This document shows, piece by piece, positions 47,339 to 57,034 of a stretch of DNA of 64,000 nucleotides. Origin of the DNA: Candidatus Bathyarchaeia archaeon (GTDB taxonomy: Archaea; Thermoproteota; Bathyarchaeia; 40CM-2-53-6); assembly GCA_035935655.1 (NCBI GenBank), contig DASYWW010000046.1:90709-154708 (forward strand), given 5' to 3'. Below the pieces are notes generated by a model. The model was not told the origin of the DNA. It saw only the letters and a program-made list of their open reading frames with translations, and ran no database searches. Each line of letters starts with the position of its first letter. Position 1 is the first letter of the stretch. The translations under genes and the position numbers were made by a program.

Positions 47339-48694
47339 GTGAACATTAGTCCAGATCCCAAGGACGAGTATTTTGCCGATGGTATGACTGAAGAGTTGAT
47401 CTCTACTCTTTCGAAGATTGGGAGGTTGAAGGTGATCTCGAGAACATCTGTGATGAGGTACAAGCAGACTGCCAAGAGCGTTGAAGAGATCTCGCAAGAA
47501 CTCAACGTCGGCAGTATCCTTGAGGGAAGCGTGAGGAAAGCTGCGGATGATCTGCGGATCACAGTGAAACTGATCGATGTCAGGCGGGACGAGCACGTAT
47601 GGTCACAGGACTATGAGAGGAAGATCGAGAATGTCTTCGCTGTTCAGAAGGAGATAGCCCGGAAGGTCGTGGACTCGTTGCAGATCGAACTATTGCCGGG
47701 GGACAAGCGGAACATCGAGAAACAGGGGACTAGAAACGTTGAATCCTACGAGTTGTACTTGAAGGGCCGGTTTCTCTGGAACAAACGCTCGAAGGAAGGA
47801 ATGACCGAGGCAATCGAGCATTTCCGGGCCGCGGCTCAGAAGGACCCCTCATTCCCCTTACCTCACGTCGGGATCGCAGACTGCTACAATCTGCTAGTTA
47901 TCAACAGCTACTTGCCGGCGAAGGATGGGTATCCGCAAGCAGAGAAGGCGATTGCGCGTGCATTGGAGCTGGACAACAATCTCGCTGAAGGGCACGCTTC
48001 GTTAGGCTTACTCCGGTCCGATGCCGACTGGGACTGGGCTGGCGCGGAGCGCGAGTATCGGAAGGCGATCGAGCTGAACCCTAACTATGCCACAGCTCAC
48101 CACTGGCTCTCGATACTTCTCGGACCGACTTTGGGGCGGGTAGACGAGGGGATGATGGAAGCGAAGAAGGCGCTTGAGCTCGACCCTTTGTCTCCAATCA
48201 TCAACGTCAATCTCGGCCATGGATACGAGTCGATTGGGAATCTCGACTTGGCTGAAGAATATGCGCAAAAGGCGCTCGACTTGGATCCGAGCTTTGTCGG
48301 GGGTCTAGCTCTGCAGGCGTTGCTAGCGGTTGACCGGGGGTCTTATGGGGAGGCAATTAATCTCATCGAGAAGATTGCCTCTCTCATCCCATCAGCGTAC
48401 AAGGCGATCAGGATTGGGGTGGCTTGCGTATATGCTATGGCAGGGAACCTTGCGAAGGCGAAGGAGGTCTTCGAGGAGACTGCCGCGGTAGTGGGGAAAG
48501 ATCAGGTCACCGCGTTCCATCTCGCACGATACTATGCTGTTATCGGAGATCGGGATCGGGCGTTCGACTTGCTGGAAAGAGCGTTTGTGGATCGCGATCC
48601 TGACCTCTGCACCGTCAGCGCCGAGCCCTTTCTCAGAAGCCTCGCATCCGACGAGCGATTCGCCGACCTCCTCAAGAAAATGAAAGTACGATAG
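47339..48694 (+). CDS. TolB-N-terminal-like domain plus TPR-repeat protein. In bacteria this architecture is the C-terminal part of winged-helix or cyclase regulators.
   Basis: '[43 protein letters not shown]' followed by TPR repeats. The ORF is open upstream to 47216 without any ATG, GTG or TTG, so the gene appears to lack its usual N-terminal domain. Annotated start is GTG. Confidence 0.55.
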   Translation: [451 protein letters not shown]

Positions 48695-48753
48695 AACAGC
48701 TCAGACCCCTCTCAATTCTCAAAAAGCTTAAGACATATTTCAGCCAGCCCGAG

Positions 48754-49635
48754 TTGGCCGAAATGTCAACCTTACAGTCGGACGAGATTAAGCAGCGTCA
48801 ACGAATGCAGTGGGACGCATCTGCGCCAGGCTGGAAAAAGTGGGAGAGACAGTTCATCCACAATCTTCAACCTCTCACCAACCTACTGGTGAAGAGTACC
48901 GGCATCAAACCCGGATACTCGGTTCTCGACCTGGCCTGTGGAACAGGCGAACCCGGGTTGACGATTGCGAACATTGTCGGGTCAAACGGAAGAGTTGTGG
49001 GAGTCGACTTGGCTCCGGGTATGTTGGTCGTGGCGAGGGAGCGAATGGCTTCTCAGGGTCTCAAGGATGTGACGTCTCAGGTGAATGAACACGACGATCT
49101 GCCAGCATTACAGGATAGCAGTTTCGACGCCGCAGTTTGCCGTCTAGGACTGATGTTCATGCCTGACCCTGTTCGCATGCTCAAGGCCATTCGCCGGGTC
49201 CTCAAGCCTGGCGGGAAAGCTTCCGTCGTTGTGTGGGGTCCTCCCGAAAAAGCTCCATTCTTCTCCGTGCCCATGAAGGCCGTAATGAAACATCTTCCAG
49301 ACACTAAGCCTCTTCCGCCAGGGACCCCCGGAGGACCCTTCGGTATTCCAAGCCAAGAAATGCTTGGGGGACTCTTCACAAAAGCTGGCTTTTCAAACTT
49401 CAAGTCTCAGACAGCCGATGTAACCGTGTTTGACGCGAAGAGTCCGGAAGAATACTGGGAAGCGTCAACAGAGACAGCAGGACCCATCGTTCTACTTCTC
49501 TCGAAAATGTCTCCCGAAAAGAAAAAGGACGTGAGAGAAGAATTGGTCCAAACATTACGCGGCATGTTTCCATCAGGTCCAGTTAGACTTGGAGGAGAAG
49601 CGATAGTCGGGACAGGCACCAAGGCCGCAATCTGA
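48754..49635 (+). CDS. UbiE/COQ5-like class I SAM-dependent methyltransferase
   Basis: 'VLDLACGTGEPG', 'VGVDLAPGML' and 'LKPGGKASVVVWG' motifs. Confidence 0.7.
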   Translation: MAEMSTLQSDEIKQRQRMQWDASAPGWKKWERQFIHNLQPLTNLLVKSTGIKPGYSVLDLACGTGEPGLTIANIVGSNGRVVGVDLAPGMLVVARERMASQGLKDVTSQVNEHDDLPALQDSSFDAAVCRLGLMFMPDPVRMLKAIRRVLKPGGKASVVVWGPPEKAPFFSVPMKAVMKHLPDTKPLPPGTPGGPFGIPSQEMLGGLFTKAGFSNFKSQTADVTVFDAKSPEEYWEASTETAGPIVLLLSKMSPEKKKDVREELVQTLRGMFPSGPVRLGGEAIVGTGTKAAI

Positions 49636-49689
49636 CCGCCAACAGTCCTGATCGATTTCCAAAAAAAGAAAAAAGAGGGAAGTTAGTTG

Positions 49690-50190
49690 TCAGACTGGGC
49701 AGAAAGAGGTTGCGCAGTCCATGGCCCAGGTCGAGAGTGTTGTTGACGCTCCAGTCGGGACATAGGTCACGGTCAACGTGTAGCTAGGAGATCCGTCTCC
49801 TGTCCAACTCTCCCAGGTACCTGTGCTCCCTAGGTCGAGGGAGCTATTGGGACAGATATTCGATGTAGAAACGACCTGGCTGTACGCTACCGACCAGTCG
49901 CGTTTGTAGCCTACGAAATCGTAGGCTCCGCTTCCGAAGCTCCAGTCACTTGATGGGCTGCTGGTGCTGCACCTCACTTCATTATGGGTGCTGGTGAATG
50001 TCCCCGTGCCCCTGCCGCAGGCAATTGCTGTGATCTGAATGTACTTGCCTGTGACAGGAGTCCAAGAGGCGCTACCATAGGTGTAATTGCTGCCGCAGAG
50101 CGAAGCGTGCGCCCGTTGAACAAGGCTAGGTGAAGCAAAAACCATCACCGTCATCGAGAGAATGCATATCGCTAGTGTGCGAGCCTTCAA
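49690..50190 (-). CDS. Secreted Cys-containing protein rich in Ser/Thr/Trp/Tyr (hypothetical)
   Basis: Signal peptide ending 'AHA'; 8 Cys; beta-rich composition. Confidence 0.4.
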   Translation of the reverse strand: MKARTLAICILSMTVMVFASPSLVQRAHASLCGSNYTYGSASWTPVTGKYIQITAIACGRGTGTFTSTHNEVRCSTSSPSSDWSFGSGAYDFVGYKRDWSVAYSQVVSTSNICPNSSLDLGSTGTWESWTGDGSPSYTLTVTYVPTGASTTLSTWAMDCATSFCPV

Positions 50191-50281
50191 TTTTTTCTCC
50201 GGTCGCAGAACAGATTGACTGATGACTTAAACCATGAAGAAACTGTGATCTAGAACACTGATACTGGGATTGTAGGGTGGA

Positions 50282-50539
50282 CTAGAATTTCTCGTGGAGA
50301 AGGGAAAGGGCGTTGCGGTAGTGCTTCAAAGCATCCAAGCCCGCTCGTGTCGTGCCGACAACTTTTCTCCTCTCTTCTACGTCCAGACTAACTAGTTTGG
50401 ATTTTGCGAGACGATCAAGGCAGGACTTCAATAGTTTGTAGGATAGGTTCTGCGAGATCATGATCTGGTATACTGATAATCTGTCGTAGGCGCATGATTT
50501 CAGAATGCCGAACAGTATTTCTTCCCTTGACCTTCGCAA
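50282..50539 (-). CDS. Small winged-helix DNA-binding protein
   Basis: 85 aa with a 'LSVYQIMISQNLSYKLLKSCLDRLAKSKLV' HTH-like segment. Confidence 0.35.
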   Translation of the reverse strand: MRRSREEILFGILKSCAYDRLSVYQIMISQNLSYKLLKSCLDRLAKSKLVSLDVEERRKVVGTTRAGLDALKHYRNALSLLHEKF

Positions 50540-50710
50540 TCATTCTCCGAGGTTCCTTTACAATAAATAAGTACAGTGAACGATTACTTTGAGTAAAAGT
50601 AGAATCGTCAAGACTGGGACTCAATAATTTTTTCGAGACTCGTCATGAATGTGAAAGTTGGATGTGTGGGAGAGTGGAGGTGTGTGAGCGTCTCCGACGA
50701 GCTGTTTCTC

Positions 50711-50896
50711 TTACGAATCCCCTGCCGCCTTCCGCCACGTTGACCCGCAGAGGCTGCAGTTGTGGAAACCGTCTACCGTAAAGCATCGAGCGATCTGCCC
50801 GCATACCGGGCAATGGTGGATAGGATCGTATGCGATAGCTTCGACTTGCGCGGCTGATCCGAGGTCCATTGAGCCCCTTTCTTCGCTTGCTTGCAC
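50711..50896 (-). CDS. Small zinc-ribbon protein
   Basis: 'CPVCG...CSLCG' pair of CxxC motifs. Confidence 0.25.
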   Translation of the reverse strand: MQASEERGSMDLGSAAQVEAIAYDPIHHCPVCGQIARCFTVDGFHNCSLCGSTWRKAAGDS

Positions 50897-51305
50897 TTTG
50901 CTCTCCCTCTTACCTGATCTGATTCCTCAGGTTGGACAGGTAGGCCTGGTTTCGTTTACGCTCGATTTCTGCAAGGAATCTCGGACTCATGGTACTCCTG
51001 ACGAAGAGTTTTGTCTGCGGGACCCTTGGAGGAATTGGAATGCTAGTGCGGCTGCTCTTTGACGCTCCTGTTGAAGGGATGAGCGCCGAGATGAAACTGT
51101 GAACGCTTCGTGTGATTCTCGTCCAATCTTCTCTAACTGCCATTTCTTTTTCACCTAAGTGAAGGAGGACGTGTTCGTTGCGGATTATCTTTGAGCCGTC
51201 CTGCGCTGGTAGTTATTTTGCCGTCGTCCAACTGGTATTAGTTGCTGGCGTACGCCGGCACACCGGTTATATGCCCGTCTTACGATAACAACTCTCGTTC
51301 ATATC

Positions 51306-52124
51306 ATGTTCGAGTTGTTCTTCCGGTTTCAGCCGGGTCCCGGGCACGGAGATTCCTACAACGAGCTCACAGAGAAATTTCCGACAGCACGGTTCTCGCT
51401 CTGGTGTAATGGTGGTACGGATGTTCTGGAGATAGAGGCTGCTGGTCTCGCTTCGTATGAGGAGTTGCAGAAGGAGATCACCGCGACCACGAAGGCGCAT
51501 CTTGATGGGAAGATTATCTCAAGGACGTACTGCCAGGACAAGTTCCAGTTGGTGGCAAGGACTTGTTGTTGCGGTTCTGATCACAAGGGGACGCCGATTA
51601 GTCCGATTATTAACCGGAGCGGCTTCATGCGAATTCCACCGCTAGTTATGGCCGGAGGATGGGAGTACCACCGTTTGGTAGGATATGATGATAACGATCT
51701 GAAGGGTCTCCTCAGGGGATTGGACAGGATCGGGACCGCGGAAGTGCTGCACAAGAAGAGTGTCACGGAAGGAATGACCGACGACACATTTCTCTTGTCA
51801 CTGAGCAGTTTGTTTGGACAGTTAACAGAGAAGCAGATGAGGGCGCTGGTGACCGCGGTGGAAAACGGGTACTACGAGATTCCGAAAAGGGTCACTGCGG
51901 ATGAATTGGCTCGGAAGCAGGGGCAGCCCAGGAGCACCTTGGAGGAGCATATTCGGAAAGCTGAGAGCAAGATTGTGCTGGCGATGGCCCCGTACATGAT
52001 GATGTACGCAAGGGTCCCGGAGAATCCATTGTTGAACAAGACGAAGGCCGCAGGAGCGACTGTGGGCGGGAGAATGATGAAGCAGGTTGCTATGCAGATG
52101 GCCGCCAAGAAAGCGAACAACTAA
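51306..52124 (+). CDS. HTH_10 (Bat/bacterio-opsin-activator-type) transcriptional regulator
   Basis: C-terminal 'LTEKQMRALVTAVENGYYEIPKRVTADELARKQGQPRSTLEEHIRKAE' is the HTH_10 domain. Confidence 0.6.
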   Translation: MFELFFRFQPGPGHGDSYNELTEKFPTARFSLWCNGGTDVLEIEAAGLASYEELQKEITATTKAHLDGKIISRTYCQDKFQLVARTCCCGSDHKGTPISPIINRSGFMRIPPLVMAGGWEYHRLVGYDDNDLKGLLRGLDRIGTAEVLHKKSVTEGMTDDTFLLSLSSLFGQLTEKQMRALVTAVENGYYEIPKRVTADELARKQGQPRSTLEEHIRKAESKIVLAMAPYMMMYARVPENPLLNKTKAAGATVGGRMMKQVAMQMAAKKANN

Positions 52125-52136
52125 CGAGCATCAGCA

Positions 52137-53039
52137 TCATGCCGATGACTTCACTCTGACTTTCTTGTGTCCTCGCGATTTCGATGGAACCCATCCGCCA
52201 TCCTTGGTACGTTTGTAGCCATCATTGTAGTATTTTCCGAAGTCGGTGGGGTTGAGGAAGGCCTCTGCCGGGACAAGAGCGCCCCACCCTCGTCCTCTCA
52301 TGAAAATCTCGTTGAAATCGGGATTATGGATTAGATCTTTGGCGTTGTCGGGGCGGTCGTGCCATACCTCCATGTCAAGTATACGCAGGACTTCCCCCCG
52401 ATCCGCGATAAGCTGGGACGCATCGTCTGGCCCTGTTGGCTTTCCAATAAGATCCCCCCGGTTGACCGTCACTTCTTTGTCGTTGAATCTGAGGGTTCCC
52501 GACCCGTCGAGGATCAGATAGTATTCGTCGACTTCGCTGTGGCTGTGGAGTCGAGCAGATGATTCACCATTTTCGATCACTTCGACCCTGAAGGCCGCCC
52601 GGCCGATCCCGAGTAGCGGATTGAGGAACCGTGTATAGTATCCTTCCCGTTTCCTCGTTAGCGAGCTTTCAGATCCATCTAGACGGCTATCATCAAAGAC
52701 GTTTACGACTGGCTTCCTCCAAAGGTTCTCTGAAAGCACTCCGTCCTTCTTCAGGTAAACCTCGCTCGACCAGAAAGATGCTAATCTTAACAGGAAATCC
52801 ATCGCCTGCTCACTTAGAGAGGGTATGGTCAGAGTCAGCACATCGACGGAGTTCCGGTTCAGGTTTCCTGCCTTCCTGCCCAGCTCGTCCCAGAGCCAAT
52901 TAGCAAACGGCAGCAGCCTCCCACCATGTCCTTCAGGTATGGTTGGCTTCTCAAAGAACAGGGTCCAAGCTAGGTCTACCCTTATCGCTCCTTCACGGAC
53001 GGCTTCCTCGAGAATCAGCTTCATGAGCGGACAATCCAA
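52137..53039 (-). CDS. Cupin-domain protein with an N-terminal domain of unknown function
   Basis: 'HSHSEVDEYYLILDGSGTLRFNDKEVTVNRGDLI' conserved cupin barrel. Confidence 0.5.
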   Translation of the reverse strand: MDCPLMKLILEEAVREGAIRVDLAWTLFFEKPTIPEGHGGRLLPFANWLWDELGRKAGNLNRNSVDVLTLTIPSLSEQAMDFLLRLASFWSSEVYLKKDGVLSENLWRKPVVNVFDDSRLDGSESSLTRKREGYYTRFLNPLLGIGRAAFRVEVIENGESSARLHSHSEVDEYYLILDGSGTLRFNDKEVTVNRGDLIGKPTGPDDASQLIADRGEVLRILDMEVWHDRPDNAKDLIHNPDFNEIFMRGRGWGALVPAEAFLNPTDFGKYYNDGYKRTKDGGWVPSKSRGHKKVRVKSSA

Positions 53040-53070
53040 GAAGGTGTTGAAGAGGGTTTTCCTCTTGAGA

Positions 53071-53253
53071 GAGGAGGATATTCAGAAGGCTGAGAGCAAG
53101 ATTGTATTGGCTATGGCGCCGTACATGATGATGTACGCAAGGGTCCTGGAGAATTCTCTGTTGAACAAGACGAAGGCTGCGGGGGCAACGGTTGGCGGGC
53201 GGAGGCTGAAGCAAGTGGCTAGGCACATTACTGCGAAGAACAAGAACGCATAG
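53071..53253 (+). pseudogene. Orphan 3-prime fragment (~60 codons) of an HTH_10 regulator gene. It forms a direct repeat with 51943..52124.
   Basis: Translation '...EEDIQKAESKIVLAMAPYMMMYARVLENSLLNKTKAAGATVGGRRLKQVARHITAKNKNA*' matches copy 1 '...EEHIRKAESKIVLAMAPYMMMYARVPENPLLNKTKAAGATVGGRMMKQVAMQMAAKKANN*'. There is no HTH domain upstream. Confidence 0.65.
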
Positions 53254-53308
53254 CGCAATTGTTCTAACTGCAGTCAGGAGTTGCGGTCTCGGACTTACTG
53301 TGTGCCGT

Positions 53309-53728
53309 TCAGCCGTTGTCTTCCGTCAAGATTACGACGGGGATTTCCCGTTTAGTCTTAAGCTGGTAGTCGCCGTACGCCGGGTACATCTCGGTCAGCA
53401 ACGGCCAGAAATCGCTTTTCTCTTCCTCTGATGCCTTTCTCCCAATCATCGTCTTCTTTCTTCCCTTTATCTGGACCTCTGCGTGCGGATCGTGTCTAAG
53501 GTTTGTCCACCAGGAGGGCTCCCTGTCGCTGCCACTATTAGATGCGACTATGATGATGCGCTCGCCGTCTCTAAGGTAGAGAAGGGGCGTTGTCCTCTTC
53601 TTGCCTGCCCTACGCCCGATGGTTGTTAACAGAAGGACTGGCGCATTCCATAACCGGCCTCCTATTCTTCCTCTCGAGACGCGGTAGAATGACACGTGGG
53701 TCCTACTGAAGAGTCTCTGGCCTTTCAT
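53309..53728 (-). CDS. Deazaflavin (F420)-dependent nitroreductase-family oxidoreductase (DUF385/Ddn-like)
   Basis: 'PVLLLTTIGRRAGKKRTTPLLYLRDGERIIIVASN' family signature. Confidence 0.6.
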   Translation of the reverse strand: MKGQRLFSRTHVSFYRVSRGRIGGRLWNAPVLLLTTIGRRAGKKRTTPLLYLRDGERIIIVASNSGSDREPSWWTNLRHDPHAEVQIKGRKKTMIGRKASEEEKSDFWPLLTEMYPAYGDYQLKTKREIPVVILTEDNG

Positions 53729-53873
53729 CCGGCATCCCGTACTGTCTTGTCGCGTTGGTGTTGTTCCTTAAAGCTCCGCAGCCGAGAGCTTCAGCATAGC
53801 CTAGTGTCGGTGTAGACCGGGATTTTCGGCTTTTCCTGGGGACGGACGCCTGTCTTGTAGAGCCGGTAGACAT

Positions 53874-54062
53874 CTATCCGGAGGTTAGCATCAACTGCTG
53901 CAGCTTCATCGGCGCATTCTCTTTTCCGTCCCACGCCTCCCAGGCTGCAACCACCTCCCGCACGAACCCCGGAGCCAACCCGATCTCATCCAGCAAAGAC
54001 CATCCTATTCCCATTCTCCACAGGGTAGAACATAGACGGGTAAGCACCCCGAAACTACTCAC
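53874..54062 (-). CDS. Small conserved hypothetical protein (paralog of 35936..36208)
   Basis: 'IGLAPGFVREVVAAWEAWDGKENAPMKLQQL'. It lies 23 nt downstream of the glutamate-synthase-like operon. Confidence 0.3.
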   Translation of the reverse strand: MSSFGVLTRLCSTLWRMGIGWSLLDEIGLAPGFVREVVAAWEAWDGKENAPMKLQQLMLTSG

Positions 54063-54084
54063 GATCTCTGTGGCGCGCGACTCG

Positions 54085-56658
54085 TTAGGCCAGCTCTTGT
54101 AGAGAGGTGGGTATTATCTTCCGATAAACTTCTTCCGGTCTCACGTGTTTTCGATGGATCGTCAAGAGATCACTGTTCACTGATATCCCAAATAGTTCTT
54201 CGTTTCTTTCTAGCAAAGGCGAGATCAATTGCCAGTCCTTCGCTGTGAAGTCCGTTAGTCGTCCACCGTTCAATTGATCGCTCGAAACTTTTCGGTGGGG
54301 GTCCCTGATGAATATCGCTCCACCAGAGGCTAGTGAGAACAAGTTGCTTCCCGGATATGGGAACTCTTGCTCCACGAATCGTCCATCAATCGATGGTTTC
54401 AACCCGTTGAGAACAACGAACCCGCCACCATTGTACAGGTCTCCTGCCATGAACGATTCTGCAAGATAATCCAGACACGTCCCATTGATCACGACTCTTG
54501 GTCGACCAACCGCGTTGATGAGGGGGCGTCCGGCTGCGTTGCCGAGCACGTACACATCACCGCCCTTTGCTGCGTACATAAACGCCTGGCCTACGTCACC
54601 GTGAACCACTAGTTTTCCGTACTTGAGGATCTGCGCGGCCTGGTCCTGAGCAGCTCCATGAACCGTGATCTCGCATCCATCAATGCCCGACGCGACGTAA
54701 TCCCCGACATCCCCGTAGCAGTCGATCTTCAAACCATTCGTTTGTGGACCGAGACCGCTTCCGATGAATCGGTGGCCGCGGAGGTTGTAGAGTAGAATGT
54801 TCTTCCAGCCTTGACCGTACGCATTAACCACGAACCGGGCGGCGCTCTCTTCTCCTTCGGCGGGAAACTCTAGCGCGTCGACAACCAGTACCTGCGAGTC
54901 GAATAGTGGATGGATCAGTCTAGTTTTGTTCTTCCAATCGAGTCGAATGTACAGGTCGTAGTTCGATAGTGAAACAACGGAGAACACGTCGTTCAACGCT
55001 TCATGGTACAGTTGCAGTAGTGAGCTTCGTTTCTTCTGCCCTGTGTCGTAGATTCTATCGTAGAGTAGTGAGAGTGATTTTATCGCGAATTGTCGGGACT
55101 CTTTTCCCTTCTTAGCCAGTCTTTTCAGTTCTTCAAGAATCTCTCCCACATACTGGAAGCCAGCATCCCTCAGCGCGGGACGAACATACTCATAGAATCC
55201 CAACGGGTCCTGCGTACTGGGACCCTTCTGCAGCTGAATCGCAATACTCGCGTTCAAAGAGACACTAGACCCTGCTTGAGGCAACCAGTCTTGCTTGAGA
55301 AGATCGATAACCTTTCCAAACTTGTCAGCACACTCCAACTCCTTCCCATCCTCTCCATCTCTGACAGTAAAGAGAAACGCTCCGCCATCCGTGAAGCTTC
55401 CACCCCTCGCATTCCAGTACGAGTCTGCAAACCTGCTGGGTATCTTCTGATCTTCTTGCAATTTTCCGAGAACAGCATTAATCGCTTGTCTCTCTGATGC
55501 AATGATCCCGATCTTGATCGGCCCCTCCTGAACAGCAAACACTTGGGGTCTCAGCATCGACGTATCAGTAATCCCGATCAACTGCCACGCATTCTTCTCC
55601 ACGTCATTCCGCGCAACGATGAAGAACCATGGGCCGTCAGGGGACCCGTGAATATGCGTCGACTGTATCAATCGGTAGATCTGTTTCTTCTCCTCCGGCA
55701 GCATCTCAAAATCTCTCTCCGTTGTGGGTGCCAGAGCTTCAATAAGATACTCAAGCGGATACTTGTAGACGCGGCTGAGAAGATCGAATAGTAACACTGA
55801 GACCTCCGTATCCGTCAAGAATAACGGGTGAATGTTCCTCTGGGCTAGATATTCCACTATGGAATGATAATTCGCAAAATCCCCGTTATGCACCAAGGCC
55901 TCATGCAATCCCACGAACGGATGCGCGCCACCAGGATGCCAGACCCTGCCCTTCGTCGGATACCGATGATGACCAATCCAGACATGAGCCTTGAAATTTT
56001 CTAGCTGATAATACCTGACGACATCATCCCCAAAACCCACCAGCTTCAAAACAACCATGTTCTTTCCATGGGACACGACGAAGGCCTTCTTCTTGCCCAG
56101 CGACGAGTAATACCGCTGATTCAGTCGGTAAGAGTTCTGATAGAGAAATTCATCTTCAACCTCGTTTTCCTTGAGCCCTTCTAGACCATTCAAACGGGCA
56201 AAGTTTGCAAGAGCATTTCTTTTGATCTTCACAAAGTATCTGTAAACTTCAGGCGGTTCAACCTCAAGACCAGAAATCGAGTGATAATCGTCGACAGAAT
56301 CCACTCTTGCCTCATGATCAACGGCAAAGAATGGTCGAATATGCTCGTCCTCGACCTGTTTTCTAACAGATTTATCGAGGTAGGCAACCTGTAAGATGTA
56401 ATCCTCATCCAGAATTTTCTTGGAAACCCCTAACTGTTCCGGGACCAATCCGACAGCCGCAATTCCCCCGCCCTTACCATTTCCCCTGTTCCGCATCTGG
56501 ACGAGGGACTGGAGGAGATATTTTCCTTCGAGTGGAGCATTACATGCCAAACCGACAACGCCGCATCCACCCTCGGCCTCCTGCTTGCCCACCGGGACCC
56601 TGTCGACTGGCAGTGATTTTCTTGAATCGATAATTTGTTGTCCGGGCAATGTTCTCAC
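54085..56658 (-). CDS. Glutamate-synthase-like protein fusing a class II (Ntn) glutamine amidotransferase domain with a GXGXG (GltB domain 3) beta-helix domain
   Basis: N-terminal 'GGCGVVGL' places the catalytic Cys at the mature N-terminus. C-terminal repeats 'GSGLGPQTNG...CYGDVGDYVASG...VHGAAQDQAAQ...VHGDVGQAFMY...VLGNAAGRPL'. Confidence 0.75.
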   Translation of the reverse strand: MRTLPGQQIIDSRKSLPVDRVPVGKQEAEGGCGVVGLACNAPLEGKYLLQSLVQMRNRGNGKGGGIAAVGLVPEQLGVSKKILDEDYILQVAYLDKSVRKQVEDEHIRPFFAVDHEARVDSVDDYHSISGLEVEPPEVYRYFVKIKRNALANFARLNGLEGLKENEVEDEFLYQNSYRLNQRYYSSLGKKKAFVVSHGKNMVVLKLVGFGDDVVRYYQLENFKAHVWIGHHRYPTKGRVWHPGGAHPFVGLHEALVHNGDFANYHSIVEYLAQRNIHPLFLTDTEVSVLLFDLLSRVYKYPLEYLIEALAPTTERDFEMLPEEKKQIYRLIQSTHIHGSPDGPWFFIVARNDVEKNAWQLIGITDTSMLRPQVFAVQEGPIKIGIIASERQAINAVLGKLQEDQKIPSRFADSYWNARGGSFTDGGAFLFTVRDGEDGKELECADKFGKVIDLLKQDWLPQAGSSVSLNASIAIQLQKGPSTQDPLGFYEYVRPALRDAGFQYVGEILEELKRLAKKGKESRQFAIKSLSLLYDRIYDTGQKKRSSLLQLYHEALNDVFSVVSLSNYDLYIRLDWKNKTRLIHPLFDSQVLVVDALEFPAEGEESAARFVVNAYGQGWKNILLYNLRGHRFIGSGLGPQTNGLKIDCYGDVGDYVASGIDGCEITVHGAAQDQAAQILKYGKLVVHGDVGQAFMYAAKGGDVYVLGNAAGRPLINAVGRPRVVINGTCLDYLAESFMAGDLYNGGGFVVLNGLKPSIDGRFVEQEFPYPGSNLFSLASGGAIFIRDPHRKVSSDQLNGGRLTDFTAKDWQLISPLLERNEELFGISVNSDLLTIHRKHVRPEEVYRKIIPTSLQELA

Positions 56659-56662
56659 ACGG

Positions 56663-57034
56663 TCACATCGTTTCTAAGATCGGTTGGAGGTCGGGTGGTC
56701 TGTAGTTCTTAGCCTTCTGTATCTTACCATTAATGACGCGGACATCGGGATCTCCCTTGCTCATGTTCGACCTGTGGACCTCTCTGAAGATGGGTTCTAG
56801 ATCTATTCCGTAGGACACCCCTGTCCCATAGATCACGTAAAGGAGATCGGCGAGTGCGTCAGCTATCTTGACCAGATCCTTATCGTTCGCCGCCTTCTCG
56901 AATTCTCCCAGTTCCTCCCGAATCAGCCTTATCCTCAGTTCCTTGGTCGCTTGATCGACGAGGCCGGGAGAGGAGCGGATGAGTACTCCGAACATTTTGT
57001 GGAATTCTTTGGCCATCTGTTGTTGTGAATTCAT
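56663..57034 (-). CDS. MazG-like nucleotide pyrophosphohydrolase
   Basis: 'RLIREELGEFEKA...IADALADLLYVIYG' EExxE/D motifs. The start was taken at internal 'MNSQQQ', overlapping the upstream stop by 4 nt. Confidence 0.5.
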   Translation of the reverse strand: MNSQQQMAKEFHKMFGVLIRSSPGLVDQATKELRIRLIREELGEFEKAANDKDLVKIADALADLLYVIYGTGVSYGIDLEPIFREVHRSNMSKGDPDVRVINGKIQKAKNYRPPDLQPILETM

